Source: Vampirovibrionaceae bacterium NZW_1234
Lineage (GTDB): Bacteria > Cyanobacteriota > Vampirovibrionia > Vampirovibrionales > JAGQHJ01
Assembly: GCA_041697335.1 (NCBI GenBank)
Contig: JBGUGD010000016.1
Location: forward strand, 148,267-212,266
Direction of reading: 5' to 3'
DNA: 64,000 nucleotides
Below, in pieces: positions 1 through 9,132 of this stretch. Every line of letters begins with the position of its first letter. Position 1 is the first letter of the stretch. The notes under the pieces were generated by a model. The model was not told the DNA's origin. It searched no databases and saw nothing but the letters and a program-made list of their open reading frames with translations. Made by a program: the position numbers and the translations under genes.

Positions 1-190
1 CGAAGTGATCCCGGGAATGGCCTTTACATTAATGCCCATGATGACACTTGGGCCGACCGGCCAGTGGACCCTTCACGCGGATGGCTGGACCCAAGTGACC
101 CAAGACGGAGCCACGGCTGCTCATATTGCCGACAGCTGCCTTATGACTGAAACAGGTCTGATTAACCTTAGTCGGATTCCTTCGGCCTAG
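1..190 (+). CDS. C-terminal part of a methionine aminopeptidase (M24)-like protein, truncated by the window edge; metal-ligand Glu residues appear substituted
   Basis: PGMAFTLMPM...DGWTQVTQDGATAAHIADSCLMTETG aligns by eye with the MAP C-terminus PGMTFTIEPM...DGWTV.T.D.SLSAQYEHT..VT..G. Confidence 0.7.
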   Translation, partial: EVIPGMAFTLMPMMTLGPTGQWTLHADGWTQVTQDGATAAHIADSCLMTETGLINLSRIPSA

Positions 191-341
191 GAGGGACTAA
201 CTCCAGGATCAAGCCTGGTCGAGGGATTTCTTCCTGAGCTGGTCAGGTCGTGCTTGCATTGGCTATAATAAACGCGTATTCTGGGCTCAGGGACATTGCG
301 AGTATCTTACTCGTGCTGGCTGTAGAGGGAGGCGAAAAACC

Positions 342-485
342 ATGAGTCATAGGAACCATTATGACCCCTTGGCCATCCCTCACAAGAGGGACTCAACTTT
401 TCCAGACAATCGTCGATACCCCCTCCATAGTGATGAGGCTGTCCTGAAATCAAAAACCCGAGTAACCTCCCCAGGACAAGGTTAG
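342..485 (+). CDS. Putative 47-aa small ORF (below the ORF-track cutoff)
   Basis: GGAGG at 328-332, ATG at 342, TAG at 483-485, TATAAT at 264-269; ends 11 nt before the next CDS. Confidence 0.35.
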   Translation: MSHRNHYDPLAIPHKRDSTFPDNRRYPLHSDEAVLKSKTRVTSPGQG

Positions 486-496
486 AGGAAACGCTT

Positions 497-1678
497 ATGT
501 TCTTAGTGAACCAGCCTTACGGACTCGAAATTCCTTGGGAAACCCTTGAAGGAATGTTAAAAGGCATATCGGCCATTGACATGAATCATGTCGGCCACAC
601 AAGCATAGAAGAGGCCGAGCAATTCATCTTGAACTACGGCTATGATTATCATGACCCTGCAGATAGGGACGAATTAACCCGAATCAAAGCCGAAGCCATC
701 TCCTTTATCCAACGTCGTTTTTTAGATGCCGACATTGACTGGCAAGCTCTGGGCGAAGAAACCTTGGATTTAGCCATCCCTCCCTGCATCACTCAGAATG
801 ATGATATCCGAAAGCTCTTGCTTTTGGCTTCCCAAGGTGCCTCCATTGAACAACGCTGGGCCTGTGCCGTACTCAAAGTCATGCATATTATTTCTCATAT
901 TAACAATGCCATCTTGTACCGTTACTTTGAAGCGGCCAAAAGCCAAATATTAAGCCGGTATCAGAAGGTATTGTCCTACACCGACAGCGGCGAACTACTG
1001 CTGGGTAGCTCGGAAGATGTTCAGCTGGCTCTGGCTGGGTTTGAAATCAAGGACGAAAAATCCCGAGACAGTATCTTAATGAAACTCTTGTGCAAGCGTG
1101 AAAACGTGGCTGAAGAGGTCTTTGACATGATTGGGGTCCGTATTATTACCCATACATCGGCCGAAGCCATATTGGCCGTCGAAATCCTACGTCGGGCCAA
1201 AATTCTCCTGTTTCCCAACATCATCCCCAGCCGTAGCCGTAATTCACTCATGGATGTAGACGATTTTAAAATCCAGTACGATGAGGCCCTTGAAAAATAC
1301 CAATGGGGTGAAACCCGGCTGGAAGATACCTTGCAGGCTATTTCACAGATCACGTCAGATACGCCTCCAGAAACGTTTAATCCCCAAAACGCCTCAACAT
1401 TGGAGTCTTACCGCTCAATGCACCTGACGCAACGTCAGTTAATCCGGGTGCGCATGGACGGCACCGAAGAAGAGACTCGCTTTTTCTTCCCCTATGAACT
1501 CCAGATTGTGGATGAGGCCAATTACTTGCAAAACAGTGCTGGCAGCAGTGCTCACAGCCTCTACAAGCAGAAACAACTGGTTCAGGCTCGCCGTCGGGTC
1601 CTAGGCCCCTTGTTTATCGCTCTTCGCAAACAAAACCGCCATGCCACTGCCGATCTTGAGCCCAACGCCACGCCTTAA
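497..1678 (+). CDS. Stand-alone RelA/SpoT-like nucleotidyltransferase (TIGR04552-like, from memory)
   Basis: Motifs KSRDSILMK, DMIGVRII, YRSMHL, ELQI and HSLYK match the (p)ppGpp synthetase domain; no HD, TGS or ACT domains. Confidence 0.75.
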   Translation: MFLVNQPYGLEIPWETLEGMLKGISAIDMNHVGHTSIEEAEQFILNYGYDYHDPADRDELTRIKAEAISFIQRRFLDADIDWQALGEETLDLAIPPCITQNDDIRKLLLLASQGASIEQRWACAVLKVMHIISHINNAILYRYFEAAKSQILSRYQKVLSYTDSGELLLGSSEDVQLALAGFEIKDEKSRDSILMKLLCKRENVAEEVFDMIGVRIITHTSAEAILAVEILRRAKILLFPNIIPSRSRNSLMDVDDFKIQYDEALEKYQWGETRLEDTLQAISQITSDTPPETFNPQNASTLESYRSMHLTQRQLIRVRMDGTEEETRFFFPYELQIVDEANYLQNSAGSSAHSLYKQKQLVQARRRVLGPLFIALRKQNRHATADLEPNATP

Positions 1679-2141
1679 AACGGCCTTATACAATACACTG
1701 GAGACAGAGTCTCCATGGCAGGCAACCTCTGACTGGGGTTGCTGGTACTGGCCTGATACCTTCTCAGGTGCTAGTTTTGCGGTTCGTTGGCAGCCACCCT
1801 CATCTCAACGAGCGCTAAACGCCCAAGGACTGCGTTCGCTGAGCTGGACACTCAGATCGCCAGCGTTTTCGGCTTGGCTTGACCAGAATGGCATTGCCCA
1901 TGGGTATTGGATCATCACCTCAGCCGGCGCGGATGTCCACGATCCTTTTGCCTCATTCAAAGCCCTCAACCAGCTGATTGAAACGGTTTTGGATCTCAAG
2001 CATACTCATTCCATGAGCTTTACGGGTGTTGTTGATACACCGCTAGGCACATACGGCGGCGCCTCCCTCTTCCTGGCCACGGTATGTGACAGCCTGTGGT
2101 GTGATACTCCGACAGATCTTCACCTCCTTGGCAACCATTAA
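1641..2141 (+). CDS. Hypothetical protein with weak similarity to a carboxyltransferase (MdcD/AccD-like) fragment
   Basis: ITSAGADVHD and GTYGGASLFLATVCD resemble carboxyltransferase motifs; short and divergent. Confidence 0.35.
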   Translation: MPLPILSPTPRLKTALYNTLETESPWQATSDWGCWYWPDTFSGASFAVRWQPPSSQRALNAQGLRSLSWTLRSPAFSAWLDQNGIAHGYWIITSAGADVHDPFASFKALNQLIETVLDLKHTHSMSFTGVVDTPLGTYGGASLFLATVCDSLWCDTPTDLHLLGNH

Positions 2142-2176
2142 CACCAAAGCCCGTATCACCAAAACTCAGCTCAAGT

Positions 2177-3772
2177 TCAGCAAACTTGGGGCTGAACACG
2201 CTCCACACCTGCCAAGGCCAAGGGATGTTGTGGCTCCAGCGCCAACGCCTTTTGATAGTAGTCCAATGCCTGGGCATATTGCCCTAAGCCTTCATGGCTC
2301 ACGGCGATATAACAGAACGCCAAACTATCATCACGACCCAGAATGTACATATAGTGTTGAAAAGCTGCTTTGCAATCCTCATAAGCAGCCAGCTCCAGAA
2401 ACACCATACCAAACCATTTATAGAACATAGCTTCCGTTGCTTCAGAAGGGAAAAACAAATTGGCTTCGACCCGTTTCAAGACTTGGACAATGTCCTGCTG
2501 CTGAAACGTCCATTCCACCGTACTGGCATGCTCGAGAATCTTGTCTTTACAGAGATTAAAGACCAAGGGATCCCAATGGCACAGCTTGAGCATACCGATA
2601 CAGCTTTTCAGGATCTCTGCGCCAGGCTCATTGAGCTGGCCTTTCAACAAGGTCTGGGCATGGTAAAGACTGTTAATGGCGTTTTGATCACTCAAGACTT
2701 GTCCAAACGTATACTCGGCACGTTCACAACGTGACTCCGCCTCTGGCCACAAGACCCCCATTGCGGTTTCCAAAAACAATGTATTATCCGCCGTAACCCA
2801 CATCTGGCCGTGCTGGGCTGCCGCATAGCGTTGAAGCGCATCAAAGTTCACCATAAAGGACATAGCCCCCCCATGAATCCCATAGTGATGCTGGCGCTTG
2901 CCTCGAATCAGATCTGGGCTGACAAATCCTTTATCCGTAGCCAGTAAAATGACCCGATTATCCGACAAGCACTGCAAATTCTGGAGGGTTCGAAATGCTC
3001 CAATAGGGAAGATAAAGCTGGCTTCAGGATACGCTCGGGCATAGTCGGCCAAAATCCCATCCAATACTGCATCCTGATAGTAGGGGAGGACAATAGGCAG
3101 GGCCCGCTCTTCTCGGCTCAAATCCGCAATGCGTAAGGTTTCCGGTGTCTTTCCCAAATGGGCAGGGGCATAAAAGTCCAAGCGGATCTCAGCCAACTGC
3201 CCCCCTTCCACACAAAAGAGATCATGCTTCAAGGTATCGAAACAGTAATTGGCCAGAGCCACCACCGGATTTTTTAGCTGCCCTTGGCCCAATGTCTTCT
3301 TGGACCATCGTAAGCAAAGTGACTCTTGATCTTCAGGCCGAAATACAGCGGCATCCAAGAGCCCGGCTTCAAAGTAGGGTTTCAGCTTAGGGTGCTGCTC
3401 CCAAAAGGTCACCAGATTTTCCGTAAAGTCGGTTAAAACATAGCAGAACTTGATGTTTTTAAGGCTCGGCAAACGGGTGTGCTTTTCCGCGAGGGCTTTA
3501 AGCACGTAAAACCCCAGGGTCCCGGACCCGGCAGCCAATTCCAGGAGGTAAACCGGCTCTTGGGACGAAAGCAGATCCCGCTGATCGGCCAGGGCATTCA
3601 AAATCAGATCGGCATAGATGCTTCCCAAGAAGGCATTACTGGTGGGGTAAAACGGAATCTGCTCCTCCCAAGCCCCGATACTCTCCTGATCATAATAAGC
3701 CTCCATCAGGGGCCATAAAATCGACTCGGACAGTCGTGTGTTGTGACTGACACAGACCCGATCAGCGGACAT
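2177..3772 (-). CDS. SAM-dependent methyltransferase (MidA/NDUFAF7-like) with C-terminal TPR repeats
   Basis: LLELAAGSGTLG motif I, ANYCFDTL, C-terminal ALDYYQKALALEPQH TPR. Confidence 0.7.
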   Translation of the reverse strand: MSADRVCVSHNTRLSESILWPLMEAYYDQESIGAWEEQIPFYPTSNAFLGSIYADLILNALADQRDLLSSQEPVYLLELAAGSGTLGFYVLKALAEKHTRLPSLKNIKFCYVLTDFTENLVTFWEQHPKLKPYFEAGLLDAAVFRPEDQESLCLRWSKKTLGQGQLKNPVVALANYCFDTLKHDLFCVEGGQLAEIRLDFYAPAHLGKTPETLRIADLSREERALPIVLPYYQDAVLDGILADYARAYPEASFIFPIGAFRTLQNLQCLSDNRVILLATDKGFVSPDLIRGKRQHHYGIHGGAMSFMVNFDALQRYAAAQHGQMWVTADNTLFLETAMGVLWPEAESRCERAEYTFGQVLSDQNAINSLYHAQTLLKGQLNEPGAEILKSCIGMLKLCHWDPLVFNLCKDKILEHASTVEWTFQQQDIVQVLKRVEANLFFPSEATEAMFYKWFGMVFLELAAYEDCKAAFQHYMYILGRDDSLAFCYIAVSHEGLGQYAQALDYYQKALALEPQHPLALAGVERVQPQVC

Positions 3773-3801
3773 CTAGAAACTCCTACCCGGACGAAACACC
3801 A

Positions 3802-4275
3802 TTAACAGTGAAGCCCCTTCAGCCCGCGTTTTTGAAAGTACTGCTGGTGGTAGTCTTCAGCCGGATAGAATTGGGGCGCAGGCTTGACTTCGGTCACAAT
3901 AGGTTTGCCCGCGTAGCGACTGGCTTGTAACGCGAGAATTGCCTCGTTCACCTGGGCTTGCTGTTCAGGGGCATGGTAAAAGACCGCTGAGCGGTACTGA
4001 TGCCCAATATCCGGGCCTTGGCGATTCAGTGTGGTCGGGTCATGGATTTCCCAGAACACATTGAGCAACACGTCATACGAGACTGCCTGTGGATCAAAGG
4101 TTACTTCAACAGCCTCGGCATGCCCCGTATTTCCTGTACAGACCTCTTCATAGGTCGGATTTTCCTTGTGGCCGCCAATGTAGCCGACTTGCGTCGAAAG
4201 GACACCCGGAATTTCCTGAAATGCCGCTTCCACATGCCAAAAACAGCCTGCCGCAAAGGTTGCTTTCTCACTCAT
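3802..4275 (-). CDS. msrA: Peptide methionine sulfoxide reductase A
   Basis: [24 protein letters not shown] motifs. Confidence 0.97.
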   Translation of the reverse strand: MSEKATFAAGCFWHVEAAFQEIPGVLSTQVGYIGGHKENPTYEEVCTGNTGHAEAVEVTFDPQAVSYDVLLNVFWEIHDPTTLNRQGPDIGHQYRSAVFYHAPEQQAQVNEAILALQASRYAGKPIVTEVKPAPQFYPAEDYHQQYFQKRGLKGLHC

Positions 4276-4425
4276 CGGTATTTCCTCCATTGGCTATCCA
4301 TCATTACCTACCCCGTAGGTTGCCATTTCTCCATCATACCATTGGTGATCCAGCCTTGCATCGGCCACGCTGATCGCAAAAAGCCTGGCAATTTTTTGGC
4401 TGGCGCGGGTTTAGTATGAGCACGT

Positions 4426-5013
4426 GTGAGGAGGACCCATGCCTTGTTAACACCCGGCCCAACATCCTATACCGCTTTGCCCGGATGGCCTTACATTCCC
4501 GCGCAACCCTACCTGCCCGCCGCTCCCATGCCCTCGACCCAGGCAGGGCCAGCGCCGACATTATCACCGGTGCCCATTCCCTACCCCTACCCTGCCTTTT
4601 TGTTACCAAGATCCCCAATAGCACCTGTGAATCCCTTACCGGTGAATGCCTCCTCAACACCCACGCAATCCAACGTGTCGGCACCACGAGACATTGAAGA
4701 AGTGCGGGCCAGCCATATTCTTGTCAAAACGCAGGCTGAGGCAGCCCAATGGCGCCAAAAGATCCTCTCCGGACAGATTAGCTTTGAAGAGGCCGCAAAA
4801 CAGGTCTCGACATGCCCTTCAGGCAAAAAAGGAGGCGACCTGGGCTTTTTTGATCGAGAGCAAATGGTGGAAGCCTTTAGCAAAGCCGCATTTTCGCTAC
4901 CCAAAGGCCAACTCTCGGAGCCCGTGGAAACGCCCTTTGGCTGGCACCTGATCAAGGTTGTGGATCAAAAACTGGCTAACCCCAATGCTGCTCAGATCGC
5001 TAGCGAGCGTTAG
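4426..5013 (+). CDS. Parvulin (PpiC-type) peptidyl-prolyl isomerase with a long Pro-rich N-terminal extension; start uncertain
   Basis: ASHILVK, SxCPSGKKGGDLG, ETPFGWHLI. Confidence 0.9.
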   Translation: MRRTHALLTPGPTSYTALPGWPYIPAQPYLPAAPMPSTQAGPAPTLSPVPIPYPYPAFLLPRSPIAPVNPLPVNASSTPTQSNVSAPRDIEEVRASHILVKTQAEAAQWRQKILSGQISFEEAAKQVSTCPSGKKGGDLGFFDREQMVEAFSKAAFSLPKGQLSEPVETPFGWHLIKVVDQKLANPNAAQIASER

Positions 5014-6223
5014 GCAGCGGGTAGGCCCGAACCACCCAATCCACCTTCGTGGTTCTGCCATGGGGTAGCACCCGTGGCTGAATGGCAACATAGGCCGGAT
5101 GTTTTAAACCCAGGATTTCAACATTGACCGGATGGCGACGCTCGGGATCGGCGGGTATCAGATAGGCCTCACCCTCTGATGCATCGTTCTGCTGGGGCTT
5201 AAGAATATGGATGTTCCCCTGGGAATCGGTGACCTTCAACCGCACCTGACGGCCCATATTCGTAATTTTGAGCCCGGTATTGAACATATCTTCAATGTCC
5301 CCAAAAGCTTGGGTCCGAATCACGCCATTCATCACTTCAAGCTTGAGATAATGTCGTTCTCGCCCATGATTATCATCATAACGGCCGATGGCCACCTGAT
5401 CGAGGTGATCTGTCTCCTCCCACCCTTCTAACTCATCATGGGTATACCCAAAGGATCGCCGAGAACCGGATTTGGCCAAGCGATCATCGTCGTCCTCCTC
5501 ACCGTCATCCCCACCCCGAGTGGGATCATAGTCCCGATAAGGTAAGAATTTCGAGGAGTCCGACTCTTCATCATTATTGTCAGCGTGATACGACTCATCC
5601 GAAGCATCGTCAAAACGCGCTCCTGTGCTTGAAAGGTCTTCGTCATCCTCCTCATTCACACTCCGGTCATCGTCTTGCAAAGGCATCACAGGCTTGCTGA
5701 TGACCAATTCCCGGCGATCTTTGTTCAAGACCCCATCATAGAAATAACCGGCAACGGCATGAAACAAGGGAATCCGGATCTGGCTGGCACTGGAGACCAC
5801 GAAGAGCTGCCGAAAGGTTTCATCCAAATGTCCCAGTGTCTTTTTATCCCTTGCTGATCCCATTACCTTGGCTTTCACCATCTGGGCACGGGGATCGGTG
5901 TGGAGGAACATCGCAAGTGTCCAAATCGGATCAAGCCCATCCGAGTCGTACCCGATGTGCTTGGCATTGGCCATTAAATGAGCCAAATCCTCAACGTTTA
6001 GCCCCACCGCAGCCATCACTCGTTTTCGCTCAGCGTCAGAGGGCACATTCAGCGGATACTCATTAACCCACGCGTGCCATGAGGGGTAGAGAGCCCCCGA
6101 GAATACAACCTGATCCTGTTTCAAAGCCTGTTTAGACAGACCCACAGGCAGAGTCCCATGGCCAACCTTGAAAGGCGGTCGCTCGAAACGCATCAGCCGA
6201 AGCCCGGAAGCCTGAATCTTCAT
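5000..6223 (-). CDS. Hypothetical protein with an internal Asp/Glu-rich tract
   Basis: Long ORF; GGAG SD before ATG 6223; acidic low-complexity centre. Confidence 0.7.
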   Translation of the reverse strand: MKIQASGLRLMRFERPPFKVGHGTLPVGLSKQALKQDQVVFSGALYPSWHAWVNEYPLNVPSDAERKRVMAAVGLNVEDLAHLMANAKHIGYDSDGLDPIWTLAMFLHTDPRAQMVKAKVMGSARDKKTLGHLDETFRQLFVVSSASQIRIPLFHAVAGYFYDGVLNKDRRELVISKPVMPLQDDDRSVNEEDDEDLSSTGARFDDASDESYHADNNDEESDSSKFLPYRDYDPTRGGDDGEEDDDDRLAKSGSRRSFGYTHDELEGWEETDHLDQVAIGRYDDNHGRERHYLKLEVMNGVIRTQAFGDIEDMFNTGLKITNMGRQVRLKVTDSQGNIHILKPQQNDASEGEAYLIPADPERRHPVNVEILGLKHPAYVAIQPRVLPHGRTTKVDWVVRAYPLPNAR

Positions 6224-6452
6224 AACCGTCTCCAATCACACACAAGGCCGCTACAGGGGCATTCAACCACAAATTCATTTATTTCAAAAGCGTCATTCTC
6301 AGCGTAACCCATGCTTGTTGGAAACAAAATGCATTTTAAGCGTCTTCAGCCATAATAGAGATGTACCGGCCCCGCATTTCGTCCAGCACACGAAATGGAA
6401 CACAGGTTGGCGCAATCTGGAAGTCGACGTGTTGAACAATAGGAGTTCTCCA

Positions 6453-7955
6453 ATGGCATTATTGAATCACCTTCCCCGTATCCTTGCAGCCACTTTGCTG
6501 CTGACCACGGCTGTTTCCTGGGCCTTTCATGAAAGCCCTTCAGAGCGGGATCAACGGCTGAAAGAAGCCTTTGCCGAGGAAAACATTGCCTTAAATCCTG
6601 CCCAGATCAAGGCCATTCGAGATAACGTACGCCTGGGGGTACAAGAATCCTGCCAACACCGGGCCGGGAACAGCAAGGTCAAGTTTACCGCCGTAGAAAT
6701 TGCCCAAGAACTCAGGCTGGATCCTGCCCTTGACACCTCCCTGGTGGATCGCATCAGCCGTGCCCTGGATAAACTGGCTCACCAAAGCGACGACTGCCAT
6801 TTGCAAGTCCTTCGCGAGGACAGTTGGGAGACGTACTACAACAACACCCTTTCATTAACCAACAATGCCGCCTTCTTGACCTTGCTGGAAGACAAGCAAT
6901 TTTTTCCAGTTAAAATCTCCTGGGAAGACATTGGACGATATGAGAACAGTGTCTGGGGTGACCGGATCAGCGATGTGGGTATCTGGGTCCGCAAGCATGA
7001 ACCGGATCCAAGTTCTGCGGAGCTCGCTTTATCCGTCCGACGGGATAGTAATTTTCGGGATAAAGTCCTTGTCGTCCCCGCCAACCAAATCAAAGTCCAC
7101 CTCAACCGAGGAAATCACACCGATGAAGTGACCTTGCCCGAACGATTGGCCCAATTGGGGCTGAGCTCCAACCACCGGGATCGCAATGTCATTGTCTCCA
7201 ACCAGTTCGCCATTGTCCCTGTTCCAGCAAAAACCATGGATGTTGCTCGCAAAACGGGGCAAGCACCGCGAGTCGCCTTTAACTTCAGTATTTACCCTTA
7301 CGGCTCCACCAACTATGTCATCACCGATGTCATTGAAGGCAGTTCAGACGCCATTGTCGGCCCTGGGAACCACCAATTGCTGTTTACCAATATCAACGGC
7401 AAAAAAGCCCCGTTCACTGCCAGCCGAGCCGCAGAGCGCCCGGATCTGTTAAAGCTGGAACGCGATCTCAAAGCCAAGGGCATGGATGTGGATGTGCAGC
7501 GCTATTACTTAATCCAAATTCCGCTGAAGAAAGATGCTAAAGGCATTACCCTGGCCAATATGGGAACGCCACCCGCCATCCGTTACCCCGCCTATGCCGA
7601 TGTAGCTCCCTCTGCCGGTGGTGTGGGCAGTGGCTATGATATGGAAGAGAATGCCCAGAATGTCATGGCTCCGAGTCCGGCCCCTGGCATGGCCAAGAAA
7701 GCCGCTGAATCCCGAGCGAAAGGCCTCAGCAAAGTGGCTATCGGCCATGGAGAGGCTGAAGGCATCTATCGAACAGGAAGCGGCTTCCGAGGTCAGCGGG
7801 CCGATGAACCCATCCGGGTCACCGTGGTCTACTTCGTTACCCCCGTGGGTCAAGTGACTGAAAACGATATGGACACCTTTACCCGAGCCTTTGAAGCCTG
7901 GGATGGCCAAGCCCTATGGAACGGCTCATTTGTGGTTAAAGAAAAAACCATGTAG
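6453..7955 (+). CDS. Hypothetical exported protein (WEDxGR...SxWG..ISD motif)
   Basis: AGGAG at 6441 then ATG 6453; signal-peptide-like N-terminus ILAATLLLTTAVSWA. Confidence 0.75.
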   Translation: MALLNHLPRILAATLLLTTAVSWAFHESPSERDQRLKEAFAEENIALNPAQIKAIRDNVRLGVQESCQHRAGNSKVKFTAVEIAQELRLDPALDTSLVDRISRALDKLAHQSDDCHLQVLREDSWETYYNNTLSLTNNAAFLTLLEDKQFFPVKISWEDIGRYENSVWGDRISDVGIWVRKHEPDPSSAELALSVRRDSNFRDKVLVVPANQIKVHLNRGNHTDEVTLPERLAQLGLSSNHRDRNVIVSNQFAIVPVPAKTMDVARKTGQAPRVAFNFSIYPYGSTNYVITDVIEGSSDAIVGPGNHQLLFTNINGKKAPFTASRAAERPDLLKLERDLKAKGMDVDVQRYYLIQIPLKKDAKGITLANMGTPPAIRYPAYADVAPSAGGVGSGYDMEENAQNVMAPSPAPGMAKKAAESRAKGLSKVAIGHGEAEGIYRTGSGFRGQRADEPIRVTVVYFVTPVGQVTENDMDTFTRAFEAWDGQALWNGSFVVKEKTM

Positions 7956-8002
7956 GTCTCAAGAACTCGGATCCGTTTTTCCACAGGCGAGCCTAAGCCG
8001 GA

Positions 8003-9043
8003 TTGACATCCCTGGAAAAGGTCCTTAGAGTGGATGACAAGACCCTAAGTCTTGTTTCAGGAGTTGTCGTGCTTTTAGGCTCCCCCTTTGAACAGCCTTC
8101 GTTTCAGTCCTGCTGGGTAACCCACTTCACACCCAAATTCGGATTAGTGAGCCAGGTAGGGGACTTCGTGGTTCACCCCGAACGTCGGGCCAAAGGATTA
8201 CTCCGTCTCAGGGCTTTACGCTTGAAAGGCTGGAATGTGGCGTGGTCACAACGACTCAACGAGAACCACTGGACCGCCTTTGATGCGGCGTTAGACCAAA
8301 AGTCGTGGGACTATTTCCGCCTGACCTGTGACACCTCGGAACCGGCCTTAGACGAGACCAAAGCAGCATTACTGGAGCGAAAACTCCTCCTGTATCTATT
8401 TCAAGCCCCAGTTCACTACTCAGTGGACCTGTCAGAAGGCTGGGAAGCGTATTTCAACAGCCGCAGTGCCAATACCCGTAAAAACATCCGAAAAACCTTA
8501 CGCCAGGCCAAGGCCTTTAAGCCACATCGTGTGTTCTTCGAAGGGACTGAGGGAGTTGACGCTTTCTGTGATGCTTTTTTCCCTTTACACCAGCGCTATT
8601 GGCAAGAAAAATCAGGCCAGAGCTATTTTAACGACCCCCAGGAACAAGCCTTTACCCGGGCTTGGCTCAAGCAGCTTCAAGATCAAGGAGTATTGACCCT
8701 GGAAGCCCTACACCTTGACAAAACCCTGGCCAATCTGAGTGCCAGCTTTCAATGGGGAGAGGCAAGTTATTGCCTTTACACCATGAATACCGGCCATCAC
8801 CTGGAGCTTTCGCCCGGGGTGCTCAGCCTCTATCTGCGTTTTCAACGGGCACAGGAAGAGGGCATCACGACGTTTTTACTGGGTCCGGGTGATTATCCCT
8901 ATAAACGCCAGCTGGCCAACCACACCATCGCCCATGAGGACTGGCTTGTTGTTCCTCAATACTCTTGGGCTGGCCGCCTCTATGCCCTTGGTTTAAGCCG
9001 TTGCATGCCCCCAGTCCCCCCCCAGCAAAGCCAGACGATATAA
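8003..9043 (+). CDS. GNAT family acetyltransferase (CelD/BcsL, Acetyltransf_6-like)
   Basis: WEAYF..RS...RKNIR, LSPGVL, FLLGPGDYPYK pattern. Confidence 0.8.
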   Translation: MTSLEKVLRVDDKTLSLVSGVVVLLGSPFEQPSFQSCWVTHFTPKFGLVSQVGDFVVHPERRAKGLLRLRALRLKGWNVAWSQRLNENHWTAFDAALDQKSWDYFRLTCDTSEPALDETKAALLERKLLLYLFQAPVHYSVDLSEGWEAYFNSRSANTRKNIRKTLRQAKAFKPHRVFFEGTEGVDAFCDAFFPLHQRYWQEKSGQSYFNDPQEQAFTRAWLKQLQDQGVLTLEALHLDKTLANLSASFQWGEASYCLYTMNTGHHLELSPGVLSLYLRFQRAQEEGITTFLLGPGDYPYKRQLANHTIAHEDWLVVPQYSWAGRLYALGLSRCMPPVPPQQSQTI

Positions 9044-9132
9044 GGCCTCCGAGAAGAGGGAAGCCGATTGCTGATCCTCTATCTTTGGCGGACAATCAAA
9101 GCCGAGTGGATGATGGTGGATGAGGAGACGCC

